The position numbers and the translations under genes were made by a program. 64,000 nucleotides of DNA, taken from assembly GCA_008369845.1 (NCBI GenBank), contig MRSU01003251.1, positions 1 through 64,000 on the forward strand. Direction: 5' to 3'. The number at the start of each line of letters is the position of its first letter. The stretch's first letter is position 1. The notes beneath the pieces were generated by a model, which made no database searches, was not told where the DNA came from, and saw only the letters and a list, made by a program, of their open reading frames with translations. This stretch comes from Trichomonas gallinae. Its lineage: Eukaryota. Shown piece by piece: positions 19,864 to 30,867 of this stretch.

Positions 19864-22218
19864 CTATTTCTTTTTGATAGCTGATATGCATTGTTTGATC
19901 TTTCCTGAAACTAATGGAACCAATTGGTTGTTTGTGGCTTTGGAATCAATTTTTGCGAGTAAATCAATTTGTCTGTTTTTGACATTTTTCGCGTTTTGCT
20001 CCATAGTTTCTATTCTCGATGCATAATCTTTCAATCTCACGAAATCATTCATCATTTTAGCATACTCGTTATCTTTAATCAATGGGTCATGAGAATGAAC
20101 AACACCCGCATAATAAGCAATTTTTGGTTCGTTTTTGTATTCCAAAGCAGATGACGTCAACAAATCGCTTGATGATGTAACCATGTCAACATCGAGAATT
20201 GGCTCCCCTGATATGAAACTGCTCAGCTTGTGGGATAACTCTATTGCACTGGCATTTAACTCTCCAAATGGACTGTTTTTGATGTTCTGTGAATAATTTT
20301 TCATTTTGTCTGAAAAAACTTCCAATTTTTTGACACGTGAAACAATTTCATCAGCAAACTCTGAATCCATCTGCGATGATTTCTTTGCTATATTCTTCAG
20401 CTGAACCTTCATTGTATTTATCTGTTTTGTTGAGGATGACTGAAAATCACTCAAGTCGTTTGAGTATTTATCGAATTTTGTTTTGTTCAGCAAATTTTTA
20501 TTTTGCGAATCAATTTTCTGCCTAATTTCTTTCTTCAAAGAAGCAACCATTTCTCTAGGATTCTCCATTATATTATTTTCTTGGATATTTCTTCTGACTT
20601 CTTCAACTTTGTCCATCATTTTTGCGTTCAAATCATTAAACTTTTCTTCAACTAAAATTGGAACTGAATTGATTTCGAGTCTGAGTGATTGAATTGCAGA
20701 TTGTGCTTCATTTTCGATTCTTAAGTTCAAATCATAAGCATTATTTATATTTTCAGAGTTTTCTTGTTGAATTTTGTCGAAATCTTTTTTAATTTCATTT
20801 AATTCTGATAATTTTGAATAAACTGACTTGTAGATATCTTTCATATTGTCATTATTGTTTAGTAGATCATTTCTTTTCGCTTTGGATTCATTGTGGAGGT
20901 TTTGCAATTCGTTTTTTATTCCACGACTTTTTTTCGTTGACGAATTTGATGCAAATTTATGGACATTTTCGATATTATTTTCTGCAAGTTTTATCCTCTG
21001 TTTCAGCTGGTTGGTCTGTGCCATTAAAACGCTTTGGTCTTCTTTTAGAGTTTTAATTCGTGTAGAAACATGAGTAGCAAATTTTGTCATGCTTCTCATT
21101 CCGTCCAAACCTATGATAATTCGTTGCAAATTCGTTGAAGACAGTGGTGGGTTGTTGTTTATGTTATGCTCGATTTGCTTGCGTTCTTCAATTAGAAAAT
21201 CGATTTTTTTGTTCATTTCGTTCAAAATATTTTTGTGATTTTGAATTTCTTTCATAAAATTGGCTTCTGACATAAGTGATGCGGATTTATTTTGCCTTTG
21301 GAACTTGTCTATCATGATATTGCAGTTACTAAACAAATCCTGTGCTTGAACTTGAATTTTTGGAAAAAGATTCTTTTGAGTTTCAATTTTTTCGTTAAAT
21401 TGATTTTCTAAGTTATTAGCATCTACTTCGAGCTGCATCATGTATGATGGATAGTCATTTAAGTATGATTTCGTGATTTCAAGGATTGAATCTCGAATTT
21501 TTTCTAATTCTAATATTTCTTTCTGTATTTGTTGAGAGTGGGAGATTGATTCCGGTGCTTTTTCTAATCTATCTTCTAAATGCATCAGCTGAGATTGTTG
21601 TTCTTTAATTTGGTCCGAAAAATCTGTAATAAAATCGAGATTTGATAAATTTTGAGAATTTTGGAGAAATTTTGCAATCTGAAGATATTTTTTGATGTTT
21701 ATTTGCTGTAGGCTTGTCAAAGTCTTCTGTAAATTAGCTAAATCAGATTTTGTTAAATATTCTTTCTTTTTATTGAGATATTGTTTCATTTCTTGTAGAT
21801 TCATTTGATAATGTGATATATCTTTCTTTATTGCTTGTATATCATGTTCTAATTTGTTTCTAGAAATTATATATGATTTAATTTCATCGGAATTGATGTC
21901 TTTTTGTTCATATAATGCTTTTGCAAGTATTGATTTGTATCTTTTTATAGATTGAAGATCGTTATTTAGTTTCTCTGCTTGAGAATCGAGATTAAATTTT
22001 GAATTATCTTGATTTTGTATTAAATTGATATAATCGAGGATTTTATTGAGTGATTTATCAATGTTTAGTAGATCATTTTGAGTCAGCTTCTGATCTCCAA
22101 TTTGTTTATTTGTTAAATCCAACAAATTTCCTACATCAATCTGCAATCTTTGTACTGCTTTCAAGAGTATTTCACCATTGAATGAAATTTCTTGGCTTTC
22201 ATTCGTAATTGATTGCAT
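19864..22218 (-). CDS. Long coiled-coil protein, hypothetical
   Basis: 784-aa ORF rich in Q/N/K/E/L with heptad character. Confidence 0.8.
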   Translation of the reverse strand: MQSITNESQEISFNGEILLKAVQRLQIDVGNLLDLTNKQIGDQKLTQNDLLNIDKSLNKILDYINLIQNQDNSKFNLDSQAEKLNNDLQSIKRYKSILAKALYEQKDINSDEIKSYIISRNKLEHDIQAIKKDISHYQMNLQEMKQYLNKKKEYLTKSDLANLQKTLTSLQQINIKKYLQIAKFLQNSQNLSNLDFITDFSDQIKEQQSQLMHLEDRLEKAPESISHSQQIQKEILELEKIRDSILEITKSYLNDYPSYMMQLEVDANNLENQFNEKIETQKNLFPKIQVQAQDLFSNCNIMIDKFQRQNKSASLMSEANFMKEIQNHKNILNEMNKKIDFLIEERKQIEHNINNNPPLSSTNLQRIIIGLDGMRSMTKFATHVSTRIKTLKEDQSVLMAQTNQLKQRIKLAENNIENVHKFASNSSTKKSRGIKNELQNLHNESKAKRNDLLNNNDNMKDIYKSVYSKLSELNEIKKDFDKIQQENSENINNAYDLNLRIENEAQSAIQSLRLEINSVPILVEEKFNDLNAKMMDKVEEVRRNIQENNIMENPREMVASLKKEIRQKIDSQNKNLLNKTKFDKYSNDLSDFQSSSTKQINTMKVQLKNIAKKSSQMDSEFADEIVSRVKKLEVFSDKMKNYSQNIKNSPFGELNASAIELSHKLSSFISGEPILDVDMVTSSSDLLTSSALEYKNEPKIAYYAGVVHSHDPLIKDNEYAKMMNDFVRLKDYASRIETMEQNAKNVKNRQIDLLAKIDSKATNNQLVPLVSGKIKQCISAIKKK

Positions 22219-22404
22219 TTTGAAATCACGGTAGGAATTAGATTTTTACAAATATTAAAAATAAGAAGAAAAATATTTATGATTTCATCTATGCACAACT
22301 TTTATCCATATAAATCAAGTCTAAAAAGAATGTATTAAAACTTTTTTATCGCTTGAAACTTTTGCTCTATATTCAAGTATTTTATCCTAAAAATGTATAT
22401 ATAT

Positions 22405-22560
22405 AATAGTGTGCCAACTGTAAAAACTATTGGCTTCATATGCTATTGTATTCTCCTTGCTGGCTTAGCATATAATCTACTTTTTTGTCATCGAGAAATT
22501 CACCATGTTAATGTTTGGCGCCTTTCAGCGTAAGTGAATAGAATTGAACTAACCTAGTAG
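22405..22560 (+). pseudogene. Possible highly decayed BspA/LRR remnant
   Basis: Short translatable fragments VPTVKTIGF and MFGAFQ resemble TpLRR units; many stops. Confidence 0.25.
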
Positions 22561-23230
22561 GTAAACATGATAGTGTACTATACACCCTAATCGCATTATA
22601 GAAGCTAAGTAACAAAATATTATTTTATGATAAAAAAAATCCTGTCCTTTTATTGAGAATGTTATTTCTTATGAATTTCTTATAACTTTTTGAGATATTC
22701 TAATATGTGACTCTACTGTATCTATAGTCTTAATTTGGAAGAATTCCACTAGGAAGACCAGGTGTCTGCACCTTTAAATTAGCAATGCATATGATATGTT
22801 TCAAAACGTCATAAATCTGTCACTATTTCATGAATAAGCAAATATATGAATGTGTTTTTCGATATTTTAGAGAATAGATAGCTGAGTGGAATGGTTATCG
22901 GTGAAAAATTGAGAATTTAATTTAAAATAAAAAATAATCAGATTTAAGTTATATTGTATTGATATATGAATTATTTGTGTTCATTAATCCAATATTATAA
23001 AGTAGTTTAGGTCACATAATGAAATAAAATTTGAGTCAAATTATATCATTCATAAAAACGCTTTATTCTGGAATAAATAGTTTGTACAGATTATCAGAAG
23101 TATCTATACACTGAAAATTTCAAAGAAATAACAAATTTTTCGCTAATGATTAGATTTGGATAAAATGCATAAAATGGCGAGTCCATATTCATATGTAAGC
23201 CACAAAAACCATGTCCAAAGTTTATAAATA

Positions 23231-24724
23231 ATGAAAACAGTTCTGCTTAAGTATCCAGGTGGCAAAGGAAAGCAAATGAAGAAATTCAAGGTTGCTCCTG
23301 CTACAAAAGGAAGCTCTTTCAGGAGCTTCATCACGCGAGAACTAAATCAATTCTACGAAACAGATTATTTTTTATTAAATTTATCAAATGGCTTTGAAAT
23401 CCTAGATGAGTCATTACCGTTCTCAGAAATCACATCGGAAAAGAGATTGCCTCTCCAATTAGTGTATTGCCATACAACAGTCACTTATATCAATTGCAAC
23501 GACCAAAAAAAATCGGTAAGCCTAGATTTAAAGGTATCATGCGAGAAAAATATACAGCAAATAATAAATTCACCGGAGTTTAAATATTATTCTTTCGCTT
23601 TTAGACCTGCAGATGATAATACATTCATGAAAATTACATGTAAAAGCCTTCCACTTGTATTCCAAGGATGGTATGGCGAACAACTTTATCTTACGCGTTA
23701 TGTTCTCCCTTCAGAAAGCAAAAATTTGGATTTATATAATCATTGTGTTTTTTCTTCAAAATTATCGCTTTCAATCATGCTTCCCAATGATTGGGTGAAT
23801 GCAGCAATATACAGATTGATCGCAGAAGGCAAATCTCCGAAAGATATAACAAGGCAACATTTAATTGAAATGATTCCGCCCCAAATACGCATGGATGATG
23901 CCTTGTTTGCACATGGGCAGAAGGTTTTGTTTGAGTTTCAGAGGTTATCTCGTGATGAAGCAAAATCTCATTATATTGAAATGTGTATCTTCTTCGCAGG
24001 CCAATGCTGCTACATAGATCGTGTTCAGATGGCAATTGTCGGCAAATGGAAGCTGATGACAACAAGATATATATATGTTAGTCCTTTAATGATATTTGTA
24101 TCAAAAGATTTCGGCGCAAACATCGTCCAAAAGGTTCCATTCACAGATATTCAGTTCTTTAACTCAGAAGATGACTTCGTCGTTCTTTCATTCCACAACG
24201 GAACAAAATGGAAAATTAAATCTAAGAACAAAGCCATTTTACTGAATATTTTGTCCGATGCAAAAGGTTTAATCCCTTCATATGCCACGCCATTGACCCA
24301 TCAGCTGTCGAAAACTGCTCTGGCTGCTTCAACTGATAGTATCAAGCTTTCTGATGAACAAGAATCAGTCACAGATGAAGATATACAGATATATAGCGTT
24401 TCTTCAGCATCAAGACCAGAAATTGAGCATCACGAATCAATAATTTGCAACGGATTGTCGCCAATTATTGTTCCTTCAGTGCAAGAGGGCGAGAAACCGT
24501 TTGATGAGAAACCGCTGATGTTCAGGGACTTGAAATGCATCCAAAAGGTTGAAATTCCAGAAGAAGTCGCTGAAACCGTTGCAGAACCTGTTCCTGATCT
24601 GTCGCTATATACTGGAGAGTTAAAGAAGGTGATTAAACTCATCCACGAGTTGAACACGAAGCAAATTATCATAATCACATTTGTTTTGTTTATTATTTTT
24701 GTTTTTAGAGTTGGTTTAAAGTAA
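23231..24724 (+). CDS. FERM-like domain protein with C-terminal transmembrane anchor (putative)
   Basis: LIEMIPPQI...LSRDEAKSHYIEMC resembles the FERM central lobe, followed by a PH-like beta region (YIYVSPLMIFV...FTDIQFF); terminal hydrophobic IIIITFVLFIIFVF then RVGLK. Confidence 0.55.
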   Translation: MKTVLLKYPGGKGKQMKKFKVAPATKGSSFRSFITRELNQFYETDYFLLNLSNGFEILDESLPFSEITSEKRLPLQLVYCHTTVTYINCNDQKKSVSLDLKVSCEKNIQQIINSPEFKYYSFAFRPADDNTFMKITCKSLPLVFQGWYGEQLYLTRYVLPSESKNLDLYNHCVFSSKLSLSIMLPNDWVNAAIYRLIAEGKSPKDITRQHLIEMIPPQIRMDDALFAHGQKVLFEFQRLSRDEAKSHYIEMCIFFAGQCCYIDRVQMAIVGKWKLMTTRYIYVSPLMIFVSKDFGANIVQKVPFTDIQFFNSEDDFVVLSFHNGTKWKIKSKNKAILLNILSDAKGLIPSYATPLTHQLSKTALAASTDSIKLSDEQESVTDEDIQIYSVSSASRPEIEHHESIICNGLSPIIVPSVQEGEKPFDEKPLMFRDLKCIQKVEIPEEVAETVAEPVPDLSLYTGELKKVIKLIHELNTKQIIIITFVLFIIFVFRVGLK

Positions 24725-25182
24725 TAAAAATTGTTTTTATTGATTTGACTTTACAAAATAATACTCTTTATTCCATAAATAATCGAATTTCATCAAATTC
24801 AAATCGAAAATTTGTAATATAATTAATATTTTTCCATTTTAATTGATGAAATAGCAATTTTACATAAAATTGATTATATTGCATTATTTATTTCTCTCTA
24901 TCATCATATTAAAAATTTCAAAAAATCTATTTTTGAACAACAAAATATTAAATTTTTTATAATATTTTTTTAATTTCAACGAAAAACAAAATGAAAATAG
25001 ATTTTTAGTTTTTGAGAATAGAATAAATGCATGAAATACAACTAGTAATATAGAATGGAACAAGAAATTTTCGATTTATTCATGATTTCAAAATAAATTT
25101 TCGATATTTTTGTAAAAAAAGAGAGCAATATATATTAAGGATAGTATTCTTTAATCTATTAAATACACTGATAACAAAAATC

Positions 25183-26457
25183 TCAATAAACAGAAATAAC
25201 AATCTTCTTCTTTTTCTTCTTTCCGTCTGTGTTTTGTTGTGGAGGATTTTGCTGAGGTGGAGGCTGTTGCGGAATGACTGGATTGGCGTGAATGGGCGCA
25301 GAATTTACTGGTGCAATTGGAGAGTTTTGGTGCTTTGGATTCTTCTCGAACTTGTTGAGAGAATTGATTGACTTCGATTTCGGCGGAAGTCTTGAGTGTT
25401 CGAGTGTTGCAATACCGTTATGTATTCTAAAGAGCTCGGCGCGCTTCTTAGGATCTGGCATTGAGGCCACCATGTCGCAAAAAATTAAATTCTTTTTCTC
25501 TCCGCATATTTCAGAGAAATTCTTGTAGAATTCTTCGCAATCGATGCTATCTTCAATGAGTTTCTTTGCCCAAACACGTAATTTCTGGATTGTTTGCTGA
25601 TCATTTGGAAAACAGTCGTGTAATCTCTGCATAAGCTTCTTATTCAGCTGTACCATTCTCTCTCTTGCATCATTTGGCTGATTCATTTGAGCTCCTGCGA
25701 AGTCTCTCGTGATATCAATTTCGCGATCTCTTTCTCCGTGGACTTTCTGAAGATGCATCAGCAGTTCGCCACGTGTAAGGAATGCTATGAGATTTTCTGA
25801 TGCGCATTCTGGATGATGGCAGACAAAATGCTCTTTTTGGTTGTGTTCGATTAATTCTTGAGAATCTCTGAACCATTTAACGTTATTTAACTTCGCGCAG
25901 AGCTCACACCTGCAATGCTTCTCACGCATGTGGTTTGCGAGCGTCATAGCATCGAAGCAAACAGAATTGCAGCAAATGCAACGAGGATGCTGCTTCAGAT
26001 GCTCAAGATACTGAGATCTGCTGAATATCGGGCATGCCTCTGGTGGATATCTTCCACTATTATAGCAAACGCAGCAAACGTTCATGTGATGAGATTTCAT
26101 ATGTGATGCATAGAGATCGATTGTCGGTAAAATAGCTTTGCATTCTGGGCATTGGAACTGATACAATGCAGTTAATGCGTCCAAAACTATATCATCGCTG
26201 TAATAAAGATTATATTGTGAATTAAATTTTGGCTTTAAATCGCGAGCTGTCTGATAATCCAGGCTCATATCTGTAGCAGCAACTGGCTCCTTACCAGCTT
26301 CAATCGGTTTCTGGCAAAAATAGCAATGATTTCCACCATAATTCTTGTTAAAACGAATAAAGCATTGCAGGCAAATGTTGTTGTGGTTGCATGGTAATAA
26401 AACGCGAATCTTTATTGGCTCTGAGCACAAATCGCACTCAGGGCATGAAACACTCAT
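25183..26457 (-). CDS. ZNF598/Hel2-like RING + C2H2 E3 ubiquitin ligase
   Basis: N-terminal C3HC4 RING (CDLC..PCNH..CLQC..CYFC), multiple C2H2 fingers (HPRCICC..HMREKH, HFVCHHPEC..HLQKVH), C-terminal helical region ..MVASMPDPKKRAEL. Confidence 0.75.
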   Translation of the reverse strand: MSVSCPECDLCSEPIKIRVLLPCNHNNICLQCFIRFNKNYGGNHCYFCQKPIEAGKEPVAATDMSLDYQTARDLKPKFNSQYNLYYSDDIVLDALTALYQFQCPECKAILPTIDLYASHMKSHHMNVCCVCYNSGRYPPEACPIFSRSQYLEHLKQHPRCICCNSVCFDAMTLANHMREKHCRCELCAKLNNVKWFRDSQELIEHNQKEHFVCHHPECASENLIAFLTRGELLMHLQKVHGERDREIDITRDFAGAQMNQPNDARERMVQLNKKLMQRLHDCFPNDQQTIQKLRVWAKKLIEDSIDCEEFYKNFSEICGEKKNLIFCDMVASMPDPKKRAELFRIHNGIATLEHSRLPPKSKSINSLNKFEKNPKHQNSPIAPVNSAPIHANPVIPQQPPPQQNPPQQNTDGKKKKKKIVISVY

Positions 26458-27020
26458 TTATTTTCTAAAAATTGTCTTTTTGGCTCCATCAACATTTTTC
26501 TTGTTTATTTTGAATTTATCATTTTCTGATTGTATATATCACAACGAACTTATTATTTTTCATTTCTGTTTTTTTAAAAAAAAATTGCAAAAAGAATCTG
26601 CATTTTAATAAAGCTATTTCTATATATGTAATTTTCAATAACCAAAACGATTTTTAGAATTTGGAAAATCTTCCATCAAATTTTCTAAAACTAACCAACA
26701 TTTTTTATTTCATTCTTACATTACATTTTAAATGACTGTCATTTTAGAAAAACGACTATTGCTTATCGTTATTAATAGTTTTTTTTCATATTTATTTCAA
26801 TAAGGAGGCATATATTATCTATTTAATATATTCATTTATATGACTAATCTAGTTCATTTATAATAATGGCAATACTATAAATAGATTTTTGATGATTTTG
26901 GATTTGATAAAATCATTTTTAAAGTGATATATATATCATTTTTCTGGAGTGTTATGAGTTTAATATTCATGAATAATATAATATTTAATACAAACAAACA
27001 AAAAATAATATAATATAAAA

Positions 27021-29060
27021 TTATTGTGGAGTATGTTTTTGTAACATAGTAATAAAACTGTCAAATGTCAAATAGTGGCAGTCCTCATGCATCTGATGGA
27101 GAGCATATTCATTTCCATCCTTATAATTCATCAATTCTATTGGAAGATATTTTCCTGATAAAGACATCATGTTTTTCGTCAAATCTGAAAATTGTTTTTC
27201 GTCTTCAGAAACTAGCTTTGAAGCCTTTTCTCCGTTACTTTCAGGGTATCCCCATATGACAATCCTGTTGAACTCGTGTAGTGCGAAAATTCCATGTGAA
27301 ATCGACTCTTTTTTCAATCGCAAAACCTGTTGATTTTCCAAGTTAACTAATCTAGGGTAAATGAAAAGAAGACAGTCGATCGCAGACATCATGCGAATGC
27401 TCAAAATATTCGCCATCCTTTCATCTACATATTCATCCATAACGTTTGTCAAAACAGGATTATTTGTTAATGCATGGATCAAATAATAAATCGAGTGAAA
27501 CTCAGCTCCCCTTTTCGCGAGTTCTGTCATCAGCCAGATCAGCTCGCTCGACGCCTTTCTGTTTCCATTATTCATAAGACATGTCACAGAGTGTTTCGCG
27601 AAGAAAGCTGTCATTGCAGTTTCATCGATGCTGCGCATTATTACAGATAAACTCGATGAAACAGGAAGCTTAAAATTAAAAACCCTCACGAAACATTGTT
27701 TCGGGCACAGAGACCAAACCAAAGCAGCTTGGAAGATGGCTGTTGTTATGGAACTTGTCAAGGTCAGTGCAAATGTAATAGCAGCGTCAGAAGTTAAAAC
27801 TGGGAAGTAGGCTGTTTCATTTTGATTTGTCAAACTTCCGAAAGTTTTTCTGATATGGATTCCTGGGCTACAGCGGAGTTTCATCGAACTATTCCACTTA
27901 TATATGTCCGTTAACGTTCTGTGCACGTCAGTGTTAAGTTTTACTGGATCAAATTCTTTATAATAATAACATTTTCCTCCAGTAAGGCTGCAAATTACTC
28001 CTAACATGGCAAGCTCTGTATGTTGGTTCGAATATGAAAATAAATGCACTGATATACCTCTGCGATTAAGTTTTAATGCGAGTTCAGTAATTTTTTCTCC
28101 GAGTTCGTCTCCTACAGAAATATTTAGTAATTCTACTTCTGTTGCATTCGTTTTGTCGTTTAATCGGCTTTTAATTGCTAATGATCCATTTGATGGAATT
28201 CCAACACAACTTGAAACGATAATTCCACCGTAAACACGAAGTAAAGAACCTGCTACTGTTAATGCGTTTAAGTAGCAGTTTCCATTGTCAGTAGATATTT
28301 TCGACTTGATTTTATTGAGAATTTCTTTTATTTGATCGCGAACTTCGCTAATTAATGGTATGTAATTTGGTGTACCTACAAAACCTGCTGGATCAGGGAT
28401 GACTGATTCGCGCATATTTTTGATATCATAAACTGATACGAATTTGCCTGAGGTAACAATACCAACAGATGTCGAATTTGGAATAGTATCGAGACAAGAT
28501 TCTATAGTTTCGATAAATTGGTTCGTAAATCCTGATAAAATTGCTTCTTTGGAAATATCTATCAAGAATAAAAACGATTTCATACCTTGTGGCCTATTTG
28601 CATAGGATCTAGGTACTTTTATATCAAAAACAGAGCATTCCATTTCGTTTAATTTCATGTAATTTCTTAAAAATCGATCTGAAAAATTTGAAATATTTCC
28701 GCAAATTCCGCATTTCCAACTCATTCTATCTGCTGATATAGTACAGAAACAAGAAAGGAATCCTTGACACTTCGAACATCGCGGCACATCTGTTTTCGAA
28801 TAATCAATCAGTGGAACATCAGCGACTTTCCCTGGTTCAATGACGAATCCTAGTGGCATGAGGCATTCTCTTTCGAGTTCTGGTGTGTTTGGCAGCGCTT
28901 GTGTAAATGAGCGAAAATAAGATGGAAAATTGTTGAACGTAGGTTCTGTAAGCTTCGGATTTTCCCACGGCGGGATTGGCTCAATTGTGTAGTGATTTGT
29001 CTCCCTTTGGTGGTCTGCGGAGCCTTGTTGCAGGCCAATCCACCGGAGAAGACGCTTCAT
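27021..29060 (-). CDS. Sec24-like COPII coat subunit (Sec23/Sec24 family)
   Basis: MPLGFVIEP, zinc finger PRCSKCQGF..WKCGIC, trunk FLFLIDIS, MKLRCSPGI, FQAALVW..VRVFN, IYPRL. First in-frame ATG at 29060 (track start is TTG). Confidence 0.92.
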   Translation of the reverse strand: MKRLLRWIGLQQGSADHQRETNHYTIEPIPPWENPKLTEPTFNNFPSYFRSFTQALPNTPELERECLMPLGFVIEPGKVADVPLIDYSKTDVPRCSKCQGFLSCFCTISADRMSWKCGICGNISNFSDRFLRNYMKLNEMECSVFDIKVPRSYANRPQGMKSFLFLIDISKEAILSGFTNQFIETIESCLDTIPNSTSVGIVTSGKFVSVYDIKNMRESVIPDPAGFVGTPNYIPLISEVRDQIKEILNKIKSKISTDNGNCYLNALTVAGSLLRVYGGIIVSSCVGIPSNGSLAIKSRLNDKTNATEVELLNISVGDELGEKITELALKLNRRGISVHLFSYSNQHTELAMLGVICSLTGGKCYYYKEFDPVKLNTDVHRTLTDIYKWNSSMKLRCSPGIHIRKTFGSLTNQNETAYFPVLTSDAAITFALTLTSSITTAIFQAALVWSLCPKQCFVRVFNFKLPVSSSLSVIMRSIDETAMTAFFAKHSVTCLMNNGNRKASSELIWLMTELAKRGAEFHSIYYLIHALTNNPVLTNVMDEYVDERMANILSIRMMSAIDCLLFIYPRLVNLENQQVLRLKKESISHGIFALHEFNRIVIWGYPESNGEKASKLVSEDEKQFSDLTKNMMSLSGKYLPIELMNYKDGNEYALHQMHEDCHYLTFDSFITMLQKHTPQ

Positions 29061-30306
29061 CCTTGAAGCGAAATTTTGCAACGATTATTTCTCCCTCAAT
29101 TTTTCCATGAAATGTCGAAGGGACTGTAACTCAGTCAATTCCACATTCTAGATATTGTTTTATATTTATAATCACTGTGTATTGCATAGATTTAACTATA
29201 TATGTTGTTTTGAGCTTGATTAATTATCTTAGGATGCCCAAAACCACTTTTTTTGTTGCCATAATAACTCTGAATTGGCTATACTTACAAGCTTTAAACT
29301 TATATATGAATTACTATTGTTTTTGAAGAATATATTGCATATAAAGATGCGTCTATATATGCTACATTTGTCGAAATTACAATTCTATTTTGGCACAAGT
29401 ATGCACAAGCATTTATTTGAGACCATACCACTAATTTAGAAAATGTTATGTAGTACAGTGCAAAAAAACAAGTATTAAAAACTGATGTTGGAGGCTCTGA
29501 AAAACTTTTAAAATTGAATCAATTTCAAATTTTGAGAGAAAAAACGATTATTGACAACGGTTTACACGGCAGATAATGATTTACATGGCATATTTTTATG
29601 TAACACGTCAAAAAGGATGTTTTTACATGATTTGTTCTTTTGTTTTTGATCAAATTTATCAGTGTGTAAAGGTAATTTATGTGTATTTTAATCTATGATT
29701 TGATTGCAGTCAAGTCTGAGAAACCTAGCATTTTTTTTTTCACGACGTTGAAACTTTGGCTTTGAAAGAAGCGATGCTGGATAAATTAACGGTTTATTGA
29801 ATTTCAGCTTTCAATAATAATAAATCCGGGTCAAAAGGGTGTATGGAAAATATTAAATATATATATCACATTATTTTTTTTATTATTTAATACAAAACGT
29901 CAGAGCAGAAAGATGTTTATTTTCATAATAATAGACTTAGGATGAAGTGTTGAGATAAAAAAAATATTATCAAAAAAAAAAAAAAAAAGAGCAGTTAACT
30001 ATGTTTCTAGTCCTAAGGTAACATATTATTAAACTTAAAGTTGATATTAAATATATTTAAAAAAAAAAAAAAATATTATAAAAAAGAGAGAGAGAAATGA
30101 ACAATATATGTCTCATTATGCGATAAATTTCGCAGTTCAGTCCCTCAAAGTTTTTTTATAAATTAGAAAAAATTGAAAAATAAAGAAAAACTCAGAAAGG
30201 AAATGAGGTCATGAACCATGTTAAGGCGCTCTGCATGGCGAGATCGGTCCTCTAACAAAAGCAAGTGTCAGAGTTAGTATATTTAGAGTAAAAATTTTAG
30301 AAGCCA

Positions 30307-30314
30307 GACGGTTT
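30307..30314 (+). promoter_or_regulatory. M3-like (Myb-recognised) core promoter motif
   Basis: GACGGTTT fits the T. vaginalis M3 consensus DRCSGYTD; ~100 nt upstream of the ATG at 30412. Confidence 0.35.
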
Positions 30315-30315
30315 G

Positions 30316-30351
30316 AAATTTTTAAAATTTTTGCAAAAATTTTAAAAATTT
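30316..30351. repeat. 36-bp perfect palindrome
   Basis: aaatttttaaaatttttg|caaaaattttaaaaattt, checked base by base. Confidence 0.9.
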
Positions 30352-30411
30352 TCCAATATTATTAAGCACATATTTTAGCATATTTTTTCAAAATTTTTAA
30401 ATTATAGTGAA

Positions 30412-30867
30412 ATGATATCAGTACTCAATTTCATGGAAAAAGCCCAGCAACTGAGCAAAGAGCGGCTTCTGAAACAGGAGAGGATGGACAAATATAAAGA
30501 TGTGTATAATCAGATACATATGGATGTAATAGACCTTGCTGGCGGAAAAACATATAATGATATGAGGAATATCCAAGCATATGTTAAAAAACATTTGCAT
30601 ATAAGAACTAAGCGTGTTGATTGGAGGACAAGAGATGGTGTGATGTTGTGGTTCTGTGAGAATTGGGCTCAGATTTCTCCGTTCCTTGAGAGAGGTAAAC
30701 AACCAAAATCCACACCATCCACACGCGTGCAATATGTTCCACACACAGAAAGAGAGCAAAAGGTGCAGCATATCGAAGTTCTCGAAGACTATTTTTGTAC
30801 TTTCGAGGATGATAACTGTGCATTGACTTATTGCCCGGCACAATGTGGAGCAACGGTTAATGTTTGA
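30412..30867 (+). CDS. Parabasalid-type hypothetical protein (RxxxRxxxxxxxWFCENW family)
   Basis: KRVDWRTRDGVMLWFCENWAQISPFL resembles a motif I recall from a large family of trichomonad hypothetical proteins. Confidence 0.7.
   Translation: MISVLNFMEKAQQLSKERLLKQERMDKYKDVYNQIHMDVIDLAGGKTYNDMRNIQAYVKKHLHIRTKRVDWRTRDGVMLWFCENWAQISPFLERGKQPKSTPSTRVQYVPHTEREQKVQHIEVLEDYFCTFEDDNCALTYCPAQCGATVNV

Noticed and set aside
29061..29150. GGGACTGTAACTCAGT resembling a tRNA 5' end, and an in-frame MEKLREK* upstream of Sec24 suggesting TAA readthrough
   Set aside because: No T-loop or cloverleaf follows. TAA is the normal terminator for many genes in this window, so there is no support for recoding.
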